Shown piece after piece: positions 11,756-23,103 of a DNA stretch of 64,000 nt (its first letter is position 1; every line of letters begins with the position of its first letter). The position numbers and the translations under genes are program-made. Under the pieces are notes generated by a model. The model made no database searches. It had not been told where the DNA came from and was given only the letters and a program-made list of their open reading frames with translations. Location: the NCBI GenBank assembly GCA_950097015.1, contig CATNEN010000003.1, positions 13,454,001-13,518,000 on the forward strand, in the 5' to 3' direction. The DNA comes from Macrostomum hystrix (lineage: Eukaryota > Animalia > Platyhelminthes).

Positions 11756-11815
11756 ACTTTTACAGAACATTTTATTAAGAATATAAAAAGTAAAAAATCT
11801 GCCACTGTCACGAAC

Positions 11816-12265
11816 CTGCGGTTTAGGCATAGGCGCGCCCAACGGCGGTCGCTGGGCTCCAGAAACGCACGGATCGGGTGGTATAATCCTAGCCTTCTGC
11901 ATCACGGCTCGCCTATCGCGTCGCCATTCAGTTTCGAGGGCGGCCAAATTCCAACTGTAGGCAATCAACAATCGCCTAGCTGTGGCAGGCCTTAGCTCCA
12001 GAGCAGAACAAGCGGCTTCAACAGCTTCGTTGAGTAGCTGCTCAACCTCCGGCACAGATAGTGTCTCATATTCTGGCTGCTGCGGTTGAGATCGACAATC
12101 GGCATTGGCGCCGTCCATCATATCTTCGTCAGTGTTGTCATAGTAGGATGGATCATAGTCTAGACTGTCCTCGTCTTCATTGGAGCTGGCATCGTCGTCT
12201 TCGTCGCTGCTGGCTATGGCGGCAGCAGCTGCTGCCACTTCGCGCTTTCTAGTATTTGAGTCCGA
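11816..12265 (-). CDS. ARIH2: ARIH2 exon: acidic N-terminus plus UBA-like domain
   Basis: Acceptor cttcAG|TCG and donor CAG|GTTCGT. SDSNTRKREV...DEDDD...YETLSVPEVEQLLNEAV...ARRLLIAYSW matches the ARIH2 N-terminal region. Confidence 0.9.
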
Positions 12266-13705
12266 CTGAAGGTTTGTGAGGGTGAAGGTTTTTTTTTAAT
12301 ATTGGACAGCTAGCAAATACTAGCAAATATACTAGCAAAAAAACTACTTGCTCAGTAATGTCTACCAGAATGGTAAATGTCTACCTAAATTGGCTATTAT
12401 ATCTACATAGAATTGCTACTTGACATTTTTTGAAAAAATTGAAATTTTCACAAAAAATGTGTATAGAGATTACAAATGCAGTTAAAAAAGATATACAACT
12501 AAACAAACATAAGCCAGTATGTGAAAGTTTGTTATTAAAACAATCACTATTAAATTAAAATAATAAATTTAAATCAATAAGTCAAGATAAGGATAATTTT
12601 GTTTTCTCCCCTAAATTGTTGCATCAAGCCAAAATTATAATGGTTAAAAGCATATGTATTAGGCCTACCCTTTTGTTTTATTTATTAATTATGGCCAGAT
12701 TTGGCTAAATATGAGTGTTGTAGACAGTATTTAAAAGAAAAAATAATATTTACTTTATATAAAATGTGCTATCTCAAATAAATTGAAAATGCTGAATTTT
12801 GTTTTAATGTATAAAAACTTTGTTTTACAGTGTGAAATTATTTGTTTTAATGTGGTGGCTATATTGATAAAATGGTATAAATAACAGTAAAAAAGAACAT
12901 TTAAAGAAAATTGACCATATCAGATATTTTCTAATACAAAATACAAATGATAAGATAATTTACAAAAGAAAAATAGATTGTGTTGCTATAAACTTGAGAT
13001 CATTTATAAACACTCTTTAATAAAGAGCCTAATGCTCAGAAATATAAACTTTGATAACATTGGTCTGAATAACAAGCATGTTATTGACACATTTCTATGA
13101 TAACTAATATGCTACCAGAATGACTAAATAGCTATTAAATAAATACTTAAATATGATACTCAGACAGTAGCCCTGGCCTACTAGTAGATATACAAAGTAC
13201 ACTCAGAATTATTCCAAGAAACCCCATTCTGAGAATTCTGCAATAAAAATAGTTTGCCCTAGAAATATTTAGTGGCATTTATATTCAAATTGCTTGACAT
13301 AAATATTTATAGGCATAAGAATATATAAGGCCTTAGCCTGTGACAACTATTGGTAGCAGCAATAGAATGAAGAATTCATATAGAAGTTAGCCCTTAACTT
13401 GTTGGCATCACTAGGATTTACATATCTAAATTCATAACTAAAGCATTAGGCCTACAACATGATCTTATTGGCTTAGACATAGCTGAGTTGAAATAAGTGA
13501 GTCTATCAATGCTTACAGCCATAGATAATAGAAAGCATATAAGACAAAAACTGTAACTTGTAGGAATTTACAAGTGCTTTTTCAATTTAATGAAAGATTT
13601 TCTGGTGAATTTAAACAACAAACAGATTATTTGCATTTCTATATTTCTCTTCGTAAATGAACTAAATAAACTAAGTAAATAACACTTATAATGAAATCTT
13701 CTTAC

Positions 13706-13765
13706 TTTTGACTTAGCGGCAGGGAGCCTCCATGACGGATGCAGCGAGGAGGCGGCTGAAGCCAC
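13706..13765 (-). CDS. ARIH2: probable upstream ARIH2 exon (start codon unresolved)
   Basis: GC-rich island with donor AAA|GTAAGA in phase 0 and open frame VASAASSLHPSWRLPAAKSK. Its only ATG (13731-13733) is 1 nt out of frame. Confidence 0.5.
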
Positions 13766-15984
13766 CTATATCGCTAACCCCTGTATAATGAAATCAGTTT
13801 TGACACCTCTTTTTGATAATTTAGAGTGTGAAGTGTGTTCACACCTCTGCCCCACCACCCCACGTCCCCACCCTCACTTTATTGATGATGAACTTGATTC
13901 TTGTTATTAGAAGATGACAAACTGACCAAACTTTAAAGCATGCCAATTGGCTAGATGACCAAGTGTCCTACCTTCCAAGTGGATGACGAAGTTGTAAGAT
14001 GACGAAGTTGTAAGATGACGAAGTGTCTAGGATCCAATTTATTTATTGTATAAACATTATGCTTTAATTTAAAAGAGTTCCATGAAGTAGGCCCTAATAA
14101 AGAATTCTGAGGCAGGCCTAATATTCTATCATATTTTAGAAGTCAAATCTGTACAAAAATATTACAATGTCTGATCTTGGATTTTATTTATTGCACCCTA
14201 ACCTCCTCATATGTAAGGGAATATAAACATTTGATTTTCTGTTAAAAATGAAGACTTGTCTGGAATGCAACTTTACTTGGCTTAGCCAGTCCTCTGTAAA
14301 TAGTCTATTCAACGGTTTTGGTTTATTTATAAAAAAGCTCTTGTGATAATACAGATAGGCCTAGGGAATTGAGGATAGGTCTAGCTGTTTTAGGCCTAGG
14401 CAAAAACTTAACTAAGTAGGCCCTATGGCTATGCATCTCATGTATGTCAAGAGGCAGTGTAGTCGATTCCGATCGTTATTAGGCTTATCGTTATTATTAT
14501 CTGATCGTTCCGATTGTTAACAGACTCACAAAAAAGATAGGCCTATAAATAAAATTTAATGGTAACATTCTAAACTAGGCTCCGGGTATGTATGTTAATT
14601 ACTAAAGAAATTTCTTCTGATTTCTCAAAAAATGTCAAATGACAAAATGTAACCGCTTTAACAAATACTTAATTTAAAGTAAGTTAAAGTAGAAACTACT
14701 TTCGCATAAACAAGCAAAAATTAAGAAAAACAATTAAGTCGATAGAAAAAAATATAGAGGCCCTGAGCCCGGTTCTATCGGCCTCGGTTTAAGGGTAAAC
14801 TTTAAAACCCACCAGAGCCAAACCCACCAGAGCCAAAATTATTCCATAGCCAAAATAAAGTTTACCGGTTTAAGTTAGTCTTGATAATTTATAACTTGTC
14901 TTTACTCATTCATACTCAAAAATTACAGCCGATTGCAGTGTATGATCCTGATTATTGTATTTTTTAATAAGCACAGGCTGCACAGAAAGTGATTAAAATA
15001 GTTTCCGAATTTAAAACTTTCTTGAAAGTGCTAATAAAGTTATTAACTTCTACGAGCTATGCAATCACTATATAACGTAATCTCATGACTAGGGCTAATC
15101 TACTTTGTAAACTATGTAACTTGGTGCTAAATTTATTTGTCAAATTTAATTTTAAAAAAAGCAAAAAAAGTTGTTAGTAGACGTTTTTGGATATTTTATA
15201 TCAAAGCCTTGTATATTAAAAATCAAAGTAACCACCTTTGTTTACCTAATATTATTATTAAGGTAAAATCTTCTGTCACGAGAAATGAAACAGCATCTTT
15301 ACCGGCCACAGGTTTTGAACTAAAGCTAAAATATAAATAACATATTTAATCGTAATAATTCGTGTTAATTCCAAGAAACGGAAAAGCATTCGTAATTTAA
15401 TTTGTCACCATTATAAGTAAACTTCAGAACAATATAATAATATATGTATTGTCCGCTATTTTAATGTGAACCTTGTTTACTCGTTCGTCCTCTGTTCTTT
15501 AGGATTATATATTATATTAATATTTTTTACTAGAAATCAGGAGAGATACAGGAAAAAGAAATCGGCCTCGGTTCTACTACTGTATCCTGTTGCAATCACT
15601 TTGTAGTATTTTTCTGTGTTTACATGGTCCCAGGGTACTTTGGTCTTCATTAGGCTCATTGATAGGCCCATAGTCTAGATCAATCATGATGGGCGCACAC
15701 CATATTCATATTTGGATTGCTAGAGATGTAGAGTCCATGCTACAATATTTGTTTTGCATGCTTGAAAGTTAAGAAAGTTCATTGTGCATTAAAAGAGTTT
15801 CAGTTTCACACAATTTAAATTGACTGTTTGCCCACACGTCTAGTACTAATGTTTCTATTCCAAAGTTTTTTTTACAAAAGTCTTTATAAACTATGGCCTC
15901 AAGCCTTTAGACCAGTTTAAAAAATTGATTGGTTTGTGAAACAAAGTCATTTTTTCTTGTTAATAGGGCCTAACCTTTTACTTT

Positions 15985-17000
15985 GGCAGTGCTTAACCCC
16001 ACGGTACCATAGAAAGATTTTTGTCTTATTCCAACAGTATTATGTCTTATTTCCTGCTTATCCGTATGGCACACTGACAAGATAGCTGGGCAATAGTGCA
16101 ATTTCGTTCGCGAAATTATGTTTCAGTTAAAATTTGAAAGTTTGAAACCAGAATATATGCTTAACACTATGCAAATAAACCAGAATATATGCTAATATAT
16201 GCTTTAGTCTTAGTCTATGGTCGAAATCCTTAAGTGTGCATGTGGGATGCTCTATTATTTTTTCATTAAATCTGTGCCATGCCTTTTTGTGCCACGCTCG
16301 AATGCTACTTGAAACACAAGTTGTCTGTGGAAACAATAGTTTAAAAAATTGAAAAGGGGCTCAAGTGGGGCCTTTTCTGCTTTTTCTTTTGGACAACATA
16401 TTGTATCATGGCTGGATATTGGAAACATGCTTCTGGATTCACCACTACTACTATGCCCAGTGACAAGCTCTGTGTCTACCACTAGAACACAATGACGAGA
16501 GGTGGCAAGTTCGGCAACCAAAGAGCTAAAAAGAGACACTGTGCTCTGGCACAATCATTAGAATTATTCAAAGCATCAATTTTTGTGGTTTTTTATTGTT
16601 TTCTGGTTTCAAAGTTTAAATTTAGATGAAAAATAATTTCGCGAACAAAAGTACACTATTGCCGATAGCTGTCCTATCTTTAACATATTCCGTAGGAATA
16701 ATTTCCTGCTTAGGGCCTATCCACATGGCACACTGACGAGATAGCTGTCCTATCATATAAATTTTACTGTGACTACAATTTTCCTTTTTTTTATTCTAGT
16801 TTTTAAAAGCAAGTAAATAAATTAAAATTTTCTGCTTTTTTGCAATTAGTTAACCAATACGGTGGCATTGGACAGTTATAGGATAGGACAGCTAGGCCTT
16901 TCTCATCAGTGTGCCATGTGGATAAGCAGGAAATTGTTCCCATGGTAGGTAGGAATAAGACAAAAAATATTTCCGCAGTACCGTGGGGATAAGCACTGCC
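15985..17000. mobile_element. non-autonomous Mutator-like DNA transposon (MITE)
   Basis: Long imperfect TIRs GGCAGTGCTTAACCCCACGGTAC... / ...GTACCGTGGGGATAAGCACTGCC. Exact 9-bp TSD TTTTACTTT at 15976-15984 and 17001-17009. Superfamily inferred from TSD length. Confidence 0.85.
16089..16663. mobile_element. nested Merlin-like DNA transposon remnant
   Basis: About 65-bp TIRs GGCAATAGTG...TTCGCGAAATTA...TTTGAAACCAGAA. Exact 8-bp TSD GATAGCTG at 16081-16088 and 16664-16671. Minus-strand remnant AWHK/RHGTDLMKK/IIEH resembles a Merlin transposase C-terminus. Confidence 0.75.
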
Positions 17001-17495
17001 TTTTACTTTTTGCTAAAAGCAATTATTACTATACATGTGCGTTTTTTCCTCTGAGAAAATGTGCAAGCTAAGAATTAAGTTTTGTTAGATTCTAGTGATT
17101 TAGTCAACTGCTATTTGCCATTTTGTTTTGTTGTGTCAATTTGGTTTTTTGTGGCTGATTCCTAAAGTTGGGAATTTACTTTTAAGTAGTAAATTTTAGA
17201 CCTAATTTTAGTCATTTTATCAACTTTGCTATCATTTTATAATAGGCAAAAGGTTAAAAAATTGCAAACAATTATTGTTGCAAATTTTTTTTGTTTGTGA
17301 ATGTTAAACATTTTCTTGTTTTAGAAGCAGCAAAGACTTGTTGCCTTAGTATAGAGATAATACATTTATGTGCCACATGTATGCTCCTATTGATATACTG
17401 TATTAGAAAAAAGAAAAATTGAGACAATAAGCCTGGTAATTAACCAATTCCAAGTTTTAATTTATTATGACATAAACATTTTAAATATTTTTCAG

Positions 17496-19087
17496 CGTCA
17501 ATATCTAACTAGCTGTCGTGAGCAGCTTAGGCTGCGTTTGGCCAAATTTAATGCATGGGCACATCGCTATGGAATTAAATTAGATGCTCTCTCGTCAATT
17601 ATTAGCTGCTCTGTTGCTGATGCAATGGATTTTGCCTCATCAAGTTTCCTCCTATGTGGTATTGGCTACTCATTGTATGGTCGGGGTCAAGAAGCATTCA
17701 GAATATATTGTCTATCTGGCGCTTGTCTGGCACTATTCTGCCTACTGATTACTTTGCGTAGTGGCAGTTGGATTGCATCTACACTTGCTCCAGCTAGGCC
17801 TATTGTCTACCACCTATGGCTTGGCTACTTTCTTGGTTTGGGCTGTTTTCACAGTTCAACTTTAATTAAAATCAAAGACAGCAATATGGTGCAAGTGCGT
17901 CCCCATGCGTCATTTGCTAAGACACCGCCATCGTTGGAACCATTACACATACATCATGATCAAACCATTCAGCAAACTATAAACTTGTTAATGCTACTGT
18001 CAGTAGTTGCGTCAATTGTGCGCCTATTTTTAAATCGAGTTGTCTATCCTTTGACAGCTTCGCGTAGGCAATCAACTACTCAAACAAATCTGTCTGCTAG
18101 TTTGCCAAAGACAGTTGACGACATTGAAACTGGTGGCATTGGGGATCTATCCAATGGTAGCTTGGGTGTGTCGAATTCTGGCGCTGTCCTACTCACCCAG
18201 TTGGAACTCTGGGAACAGATTGGCTTCTCTGTTGCACTAATTGAACAACCATTCTGGTGGGAGTTAGGCCTATTTAACGCCTGCCTCTGTCTAACAGCCA
18301 TCTTGCTTCGCCTGCGCTCTTGGCTAGCAGCAGCTAATGCACTATTTCTATCAGCCGCTTGCATCTATCTACTCCATGCTGTGCAGCTACACGCTAGTCT
18401 AGCTCCCCTACTCATGTACTTATATAGACAGCTAGGCTCTGCCCTGCTAGACTCTGGCGCTTATTCCGTTGTAGAATTATGGTGGAACACTTGGAGGCGT
18501 TGGTATTTCCATCATATTCTATACGCGGCTTTGCTTAGCCTAGACATTGCCGCTCTAGTGATTGGAGCCACTGTGGTTGTCGCCCATCCTCAGCACGTTC
18601 TTATGCTGCCATTTTACACTCTGGCTGCCTGCCCATACGGAGCTTTTCATATTGCTCGCCTGCTACTGTTGCACCAGTTCACTAGGCGATTGTATCAGCT
18701 ATATCGGCAGTCCGAATCGGCGCCTACTGCTCAGTCTGCTCCGGCCTTGTTAGCAGCTAGAGGTCTGCGCTATTTGGCCCAGCTTGGCTGTCGCCTATTG
18801 TGGCTTAGTCTATTATCAAGTTGTTTACTGGTCTGCCTAACTTGGGAGACTAGATCTCCGGCTTCCCTTGCTCTCTTAGCCTGCGGAATCGCCTGCGACG
18901 CTGTACTTTTAGCTACTTGTACCCGTTTAACGGAATGCATTGGCGGCACTTGCCTAGCCTACGGTCTGGTTAGTCCTGAGGTACCAGTTGGTAGTTTTGG
19001 CACTAATCTAACTACTGGCATTGGTGGATCTGGTAGCACTGTGGTGCTGTTGCAGAGTCCCGGCGCTTATCGGGAACAGTTGGCAAG
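17496..19087 (+). CDS. TMEM168: transmembrane protein 168, first recognisable coding exon
   Basis: Acceptor ttttcAG|CGT and donor AG|GTTGGT (phase 2). Motifs HLWLGYFLGL, LLTQLELWEQIGF, LRLRSWLA, ARGLRY and CIGGTCLAYGLV match TMEM168; multiple TM helices. No upstream ATG found. Confidence 0.9.
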
Positions 19088-19299
19088 GTTGGTGCATTTA
19101 ATAACTGCACTTTAGTTCAGCAGTTTAAATATTTTGAGCTTTATATAAACGAATGCTCCAGTTAATTTGCAATTTTTATATATCTTTAAATGCTCATTAC
19201 GAAAATGTAGCTGGAGTCACGTTGATCGGGATATTTCAATGGGAAAATGGTGGGAAAATGACGTCAATATGGATATTTCGATGGGCAACAACGATAATT

Positions 19300-19570
19300 T
19301 CAAGAAGGCTGCGGGCACTGGCCCATCATTTGGTGACACTAATCCCGCATCCAGTGAGTAGGCAATTCTGCCCATTCCGCTGACTCCTGAGCACAGATAC
19401 GCAGGCACACACACAGGCGGCTATTGTACACTTGCTCTGTGCATTAGGGTTGGCCTTCAAGGGCGCAAATTTACAAGTACAAGCCGCCATTCCTTCTCTC
19501 CGCGGTTGCACCCTAATTGAATGTGGCCTCGCCACTGAATCGAGCTCGGGGACCTTGGTACCGCTCTGCG
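19300..19570 (-). mobile_element. tRNA-derived SINE, family B copy (TMEM168 intron)
   Basis: Minus strand GAGCTCGATTC...GCGAGGCCAC...GGAGTCAGCGGAATGGGCAGAATTGCC...GCCCGCAGCC. Confidence 0.85.
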
Positions 19571-19639
19571 CCTCACCCTCCGTCGGTGGAAAGCAAGCTT
19601 TAAAAAAACACCATAATTCCCCATTGAATTTCGCATCAG

Positions 19640-20157
19640 GTGTACTCGCCAGCTAGACAGTGTCCAGTACTTCTTCACTAGTCATTTATTAACTAGTTTC
19701 GGCTGCGATCTAAACAGTTCCGGCCTGTCGCGCGATCTTGTCCAACAGAAATTGCGTCAATTCTTTTGTCAGCGCACTCAAGATAGGCAACGCTACGACA
19801 CCTATTTGGTGTACTATTGCGGCCCAACTGATTCTAATGGGGCCTGGGCCTTCTCTGGCGGCGCCTGTCTCGGCCTGGAGGCACTGTTGCAGTTGTGGCG
19901 CGAAGCTGCCGCGGCTACGGAGGACGCTTCAACTGGCGATGATGAAGAAGGTCGCGGCGATGAGAGCAGATTGTTGCTTATTGTTGACTCGGCAAACGGA
20001 CACAAATGGCTGCCTATTGTTCGTAGTTTGCCAAGGAATGTCTGTCTGGGATTGCAGACTCACAGTGGAAAATTTGAGGAGTTTACTAAGGTTTTTACTA
20101 GCGAATTAGAGCAGTTAACTGCTCAGCAGCAGCAGCAGTCGAAGGCGGGCAAGTCCA
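19640..20157 (+). CDS. TMEM168: TMEM168 exon
   Basis: catcAG|G acceptor and A|GTGAGT donor. VQYFFTSHLLTSFGCD...RTQDRQRYDTYLVYYCGPT...GAWAFSGG...SRLLLIVDS. Confidence 0.93.
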
Positions 20158-20254
20158 GTGAGTTTTGTTGTTCATTAATGACATTTTTTCAGTTCTCTGG
20201 TGTGTTTAAATCCTTTGATTTTCACTTGCGTCCATAGTATGTTCACTATTTCGT

Positions 20255-20843
20255 CAAATCCTTAGATCAAGTCTCCATTCTCTCAGATCCTCAAATTGAG
20301 TCGACATTCTACCATATCCTCAAATTGAGTCGACATTCTACCATATCCTCAAATTAAGTCACTACTCTTCCAGATCCTTAAATCAAATCGCCATTCTCCC
20401 AAATCCTCAAATCGAGTCGGAATTCTCCCAAATCCTTAGATCCTTAAACCGAGTCGCCTCTCTCCAATGATCAGATCTTTAAATTGAGTACCGATTCTCC
20501 TTGATGCTCAAATCCTCATATTGAGTCGCCATTCTCCCTGATGCTCAAATCCTCATATTGAGTCCCCATTCTCCCTGATGGTCAAATCCTCATATTGAGT
20601 CGCCATTCTCCTTGATGGTCAAATCCTCATATTGAGTCGCCATTCTCCCAGATGCTCAGATTCTTAAATTGAGTCCTCATTCTCCAGATCCTCGAATCGA
20701 GTCTCCATTCTCCCAGATCCTCAGATCCTCAAATCGAGTCCCCATTCTCCCAGATCCTCAGATCCTCAAATCGAGTCCCCATTCTCCCAGATCCTCAGAT
20801 CCTCAAATTGAGTCCCCATTCTCCCAGATGCTCAAATTGAGTT
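20255..20843. repeat. 29/37-bp intronic minisatellite (CCTCAAATTGAGTCGCCATTCTCCCAGAT)
   Basis: Fills most of the last TMEM168 intron and ends about 25 nt before the acceptor. Confidence 0.9.
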
Positions 20844-20868
20844 AGGTTTCAACCTATCAATCTCGCAG

Positions 20869-21155
20869 GCAAGCGAGCAGCACGGCTGGGCCTTCAATAC
20901 GCTGTGTCGCGAGCCTGGGTGGATTTCAAACTGACCCGACCCAGTCAAGCTGGAGCTAGACAGTTCTGGGAGTCAGCCCTGCCGCGTCCGTGCCACTGCC
21001 TGCTGCCAGCTCTCACCGCCACCTGTCCGTTGCTCAGGGCGCCCTCGTTAAGGCTCGTTAGCCCGCTGTGTAACGCTTGCCGAAGATTGCGAATGCGACT
21101 GTGTCCGCCTGCTACCCTCGACACTGGACTGGGATTCCGACTGGCTCAACTGTGA
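20869..21155 (+). CDS. TMEM168: TMEM168 last exon
   Basis: cgcAG|GC acceptor. YAVSRAWVDFKL...PATLDTGLGFRLAQL* parallels YGVSKRWSDYTL...PTVLDTGQGFKLVKS*. Confidence 0.93.
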
Positions 21156-21219
21156 TAGTAAGGAGATCGTTTAAAAAAAAGTGACCCGATTCATTCAATA
21201 TTTCTTTGTGTTATCTTTG

Positions 21220-22315
21220 ATGTATCATCGTTGACAATTCATAAATGTCATCATCGATAATCCATCAATGTCATATTTGATAATTTATGAATTTCATATT
21301 AGATAATACATGAATGTCATCTTTGATAATCCACGAATGTCATCATTGATAATCCATGAATGTCATCATTGATAATCCATGAATTCACTGATAATCCATG
21401 AATGTCATCTTTGATAATCCACGAATGTCATCTTTAATAATCCACGAATGTCATCTTTGATAATCCACGAATGTCATCTTCGATAATCCACGAATGTCAT
21501 CTTTGATAATCCATGAATGTCATCTTTGATAATCCACGAATGTCATCTTTGATAATCCACGAATGTCATCTTTGATAATCCACGAATGTCATCTTCGATA
21601 ATCCACGAATGTCATCATTGATAATCCACGAATGTCATCTTTGATAATCCACGAATGTCATCTTTGATAATCCATGAATGTCATCTTTGATAATCCACGA
21701 ATGTCATCATTGATAATCCACGAATGTCATCATTGATAATCCACGAATGTCATCTTTGATAATCACACGAATGTCATCTTTGATAATCCACGAATGTCAT
21801 CATTGATAATCCACGAATGTCATCATTGATAATCCACGAATGTCATCTTTGATAATCCATGAATGTCATCTTTGATAATCCATGAATGTCATCTTTGATA
21901 ATCCACGAATGTCATCTTTGATAATCCACGAATGTCATCTTTGATAATCCACGAATGTCATGTTTGAAAATCCACGAATGTCATCTTTGATAATCCATGA
22001 ATGTCATCTTTGATAATCCACGAATTTCATGTTTGAAAATCCACGAATGTCATCTTTAATAGTCCATGAATGTCAATGTTGATAATCCACGAATGTCATG
22101 TTTGAAAATCCACGAATGTCATCTTTACTAGTCCATGAATGTCAATGTTGATTGTCCATGAATGTCATCTTTAATAGTCCATGAATGTCAATGTTGATTG
22201 TCCATGAATGTCATCTTTAATAGTCCATGAATGTCAATGTTGATAATCCATGAATGTCATCATTGATAATCCATAAATGTCATTTTTGATAATCCACGAA
22301 TGTCATCTTTCGAAT
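21220..22315. repeat. 23-bp minisatellite GATAATCCACGAATGTCATCTTT in the presumptive TMEM168 3' UTR
   Basis: About 45 copies. The first AATAAA after the stop codon is at ~22376. Confidence 0.95.
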
Positions 22316-23103
22316 GTCTTCTATCGAAAGCATTGTACCTTTTCTTAAACTAATCCATAATCGCAATTCTAATTAAATAAATGCGTACTTACATTTTATT
22401 TAGTTGCAAATTATTTCTTTATTCTGATAAATAAAAATAAGTCGCTGTTATTGGTTGTGTTGTTATTTCTCGGTGGAATCTCTTATTTGTTTAAATCAAT
22501 CTGGGGTTTAAAATGTTTCTATACTAATTATGATTTTTTAATTTCATTTTTGTGCATTTTTGCATTTTCACCTAGCATGTGTAAATAATTTAGAAATTAT
22601 CTAATGGAACAAATTTGTATGTTGTCATTATTTTGTTTCATGTTGTACACATATGTCAAACTATGAAACTTGATTAATAATGCTTTAAAGCTGTATTTTG
22701 TTTGTTTGTTTGTTTGTTTGTTTGTTTGCTTGCTTGCTTTATTCAGATTTTTGTTTTTCTGATTACCGTTCTCTCCCTCTCTCTTTTCTTTCTCCCTCTA
22801 ATTTTCAATTCATTCCCAACATCTTCCTTGTCGTTTTGCTTAAATCGGCATTTTGTCTAGATAGGTCGGCTCTCTATGTATCACTTTTTTGGCAAGATAC
22901 GTTAATAAATTATTTATTTATTTATCCCTGTTGATGTCTCATATTGTCTCAAATATTCCAGTTACGCTTTGCAGAAAAGGCAATTAAAAGAATTGTTTAA
23001 ACGATGGATTGCTAATCGTTTCTTTTCATTCCGTGTTAAACCGGATTGTCAAAACAGTTTTTTATGTGTTGCTTTGTTATTTCTTTATTTTGGTAGTAGT
23101 GGC

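Noticed and set aside
13915-14035. Three 16-bp GATGACGAAGTTGTAA repeats ending in GGATCC, like a transposon subterminal end
   Set aside because: No matching opposite terminus was found in the window, and the segment is too short to classify.
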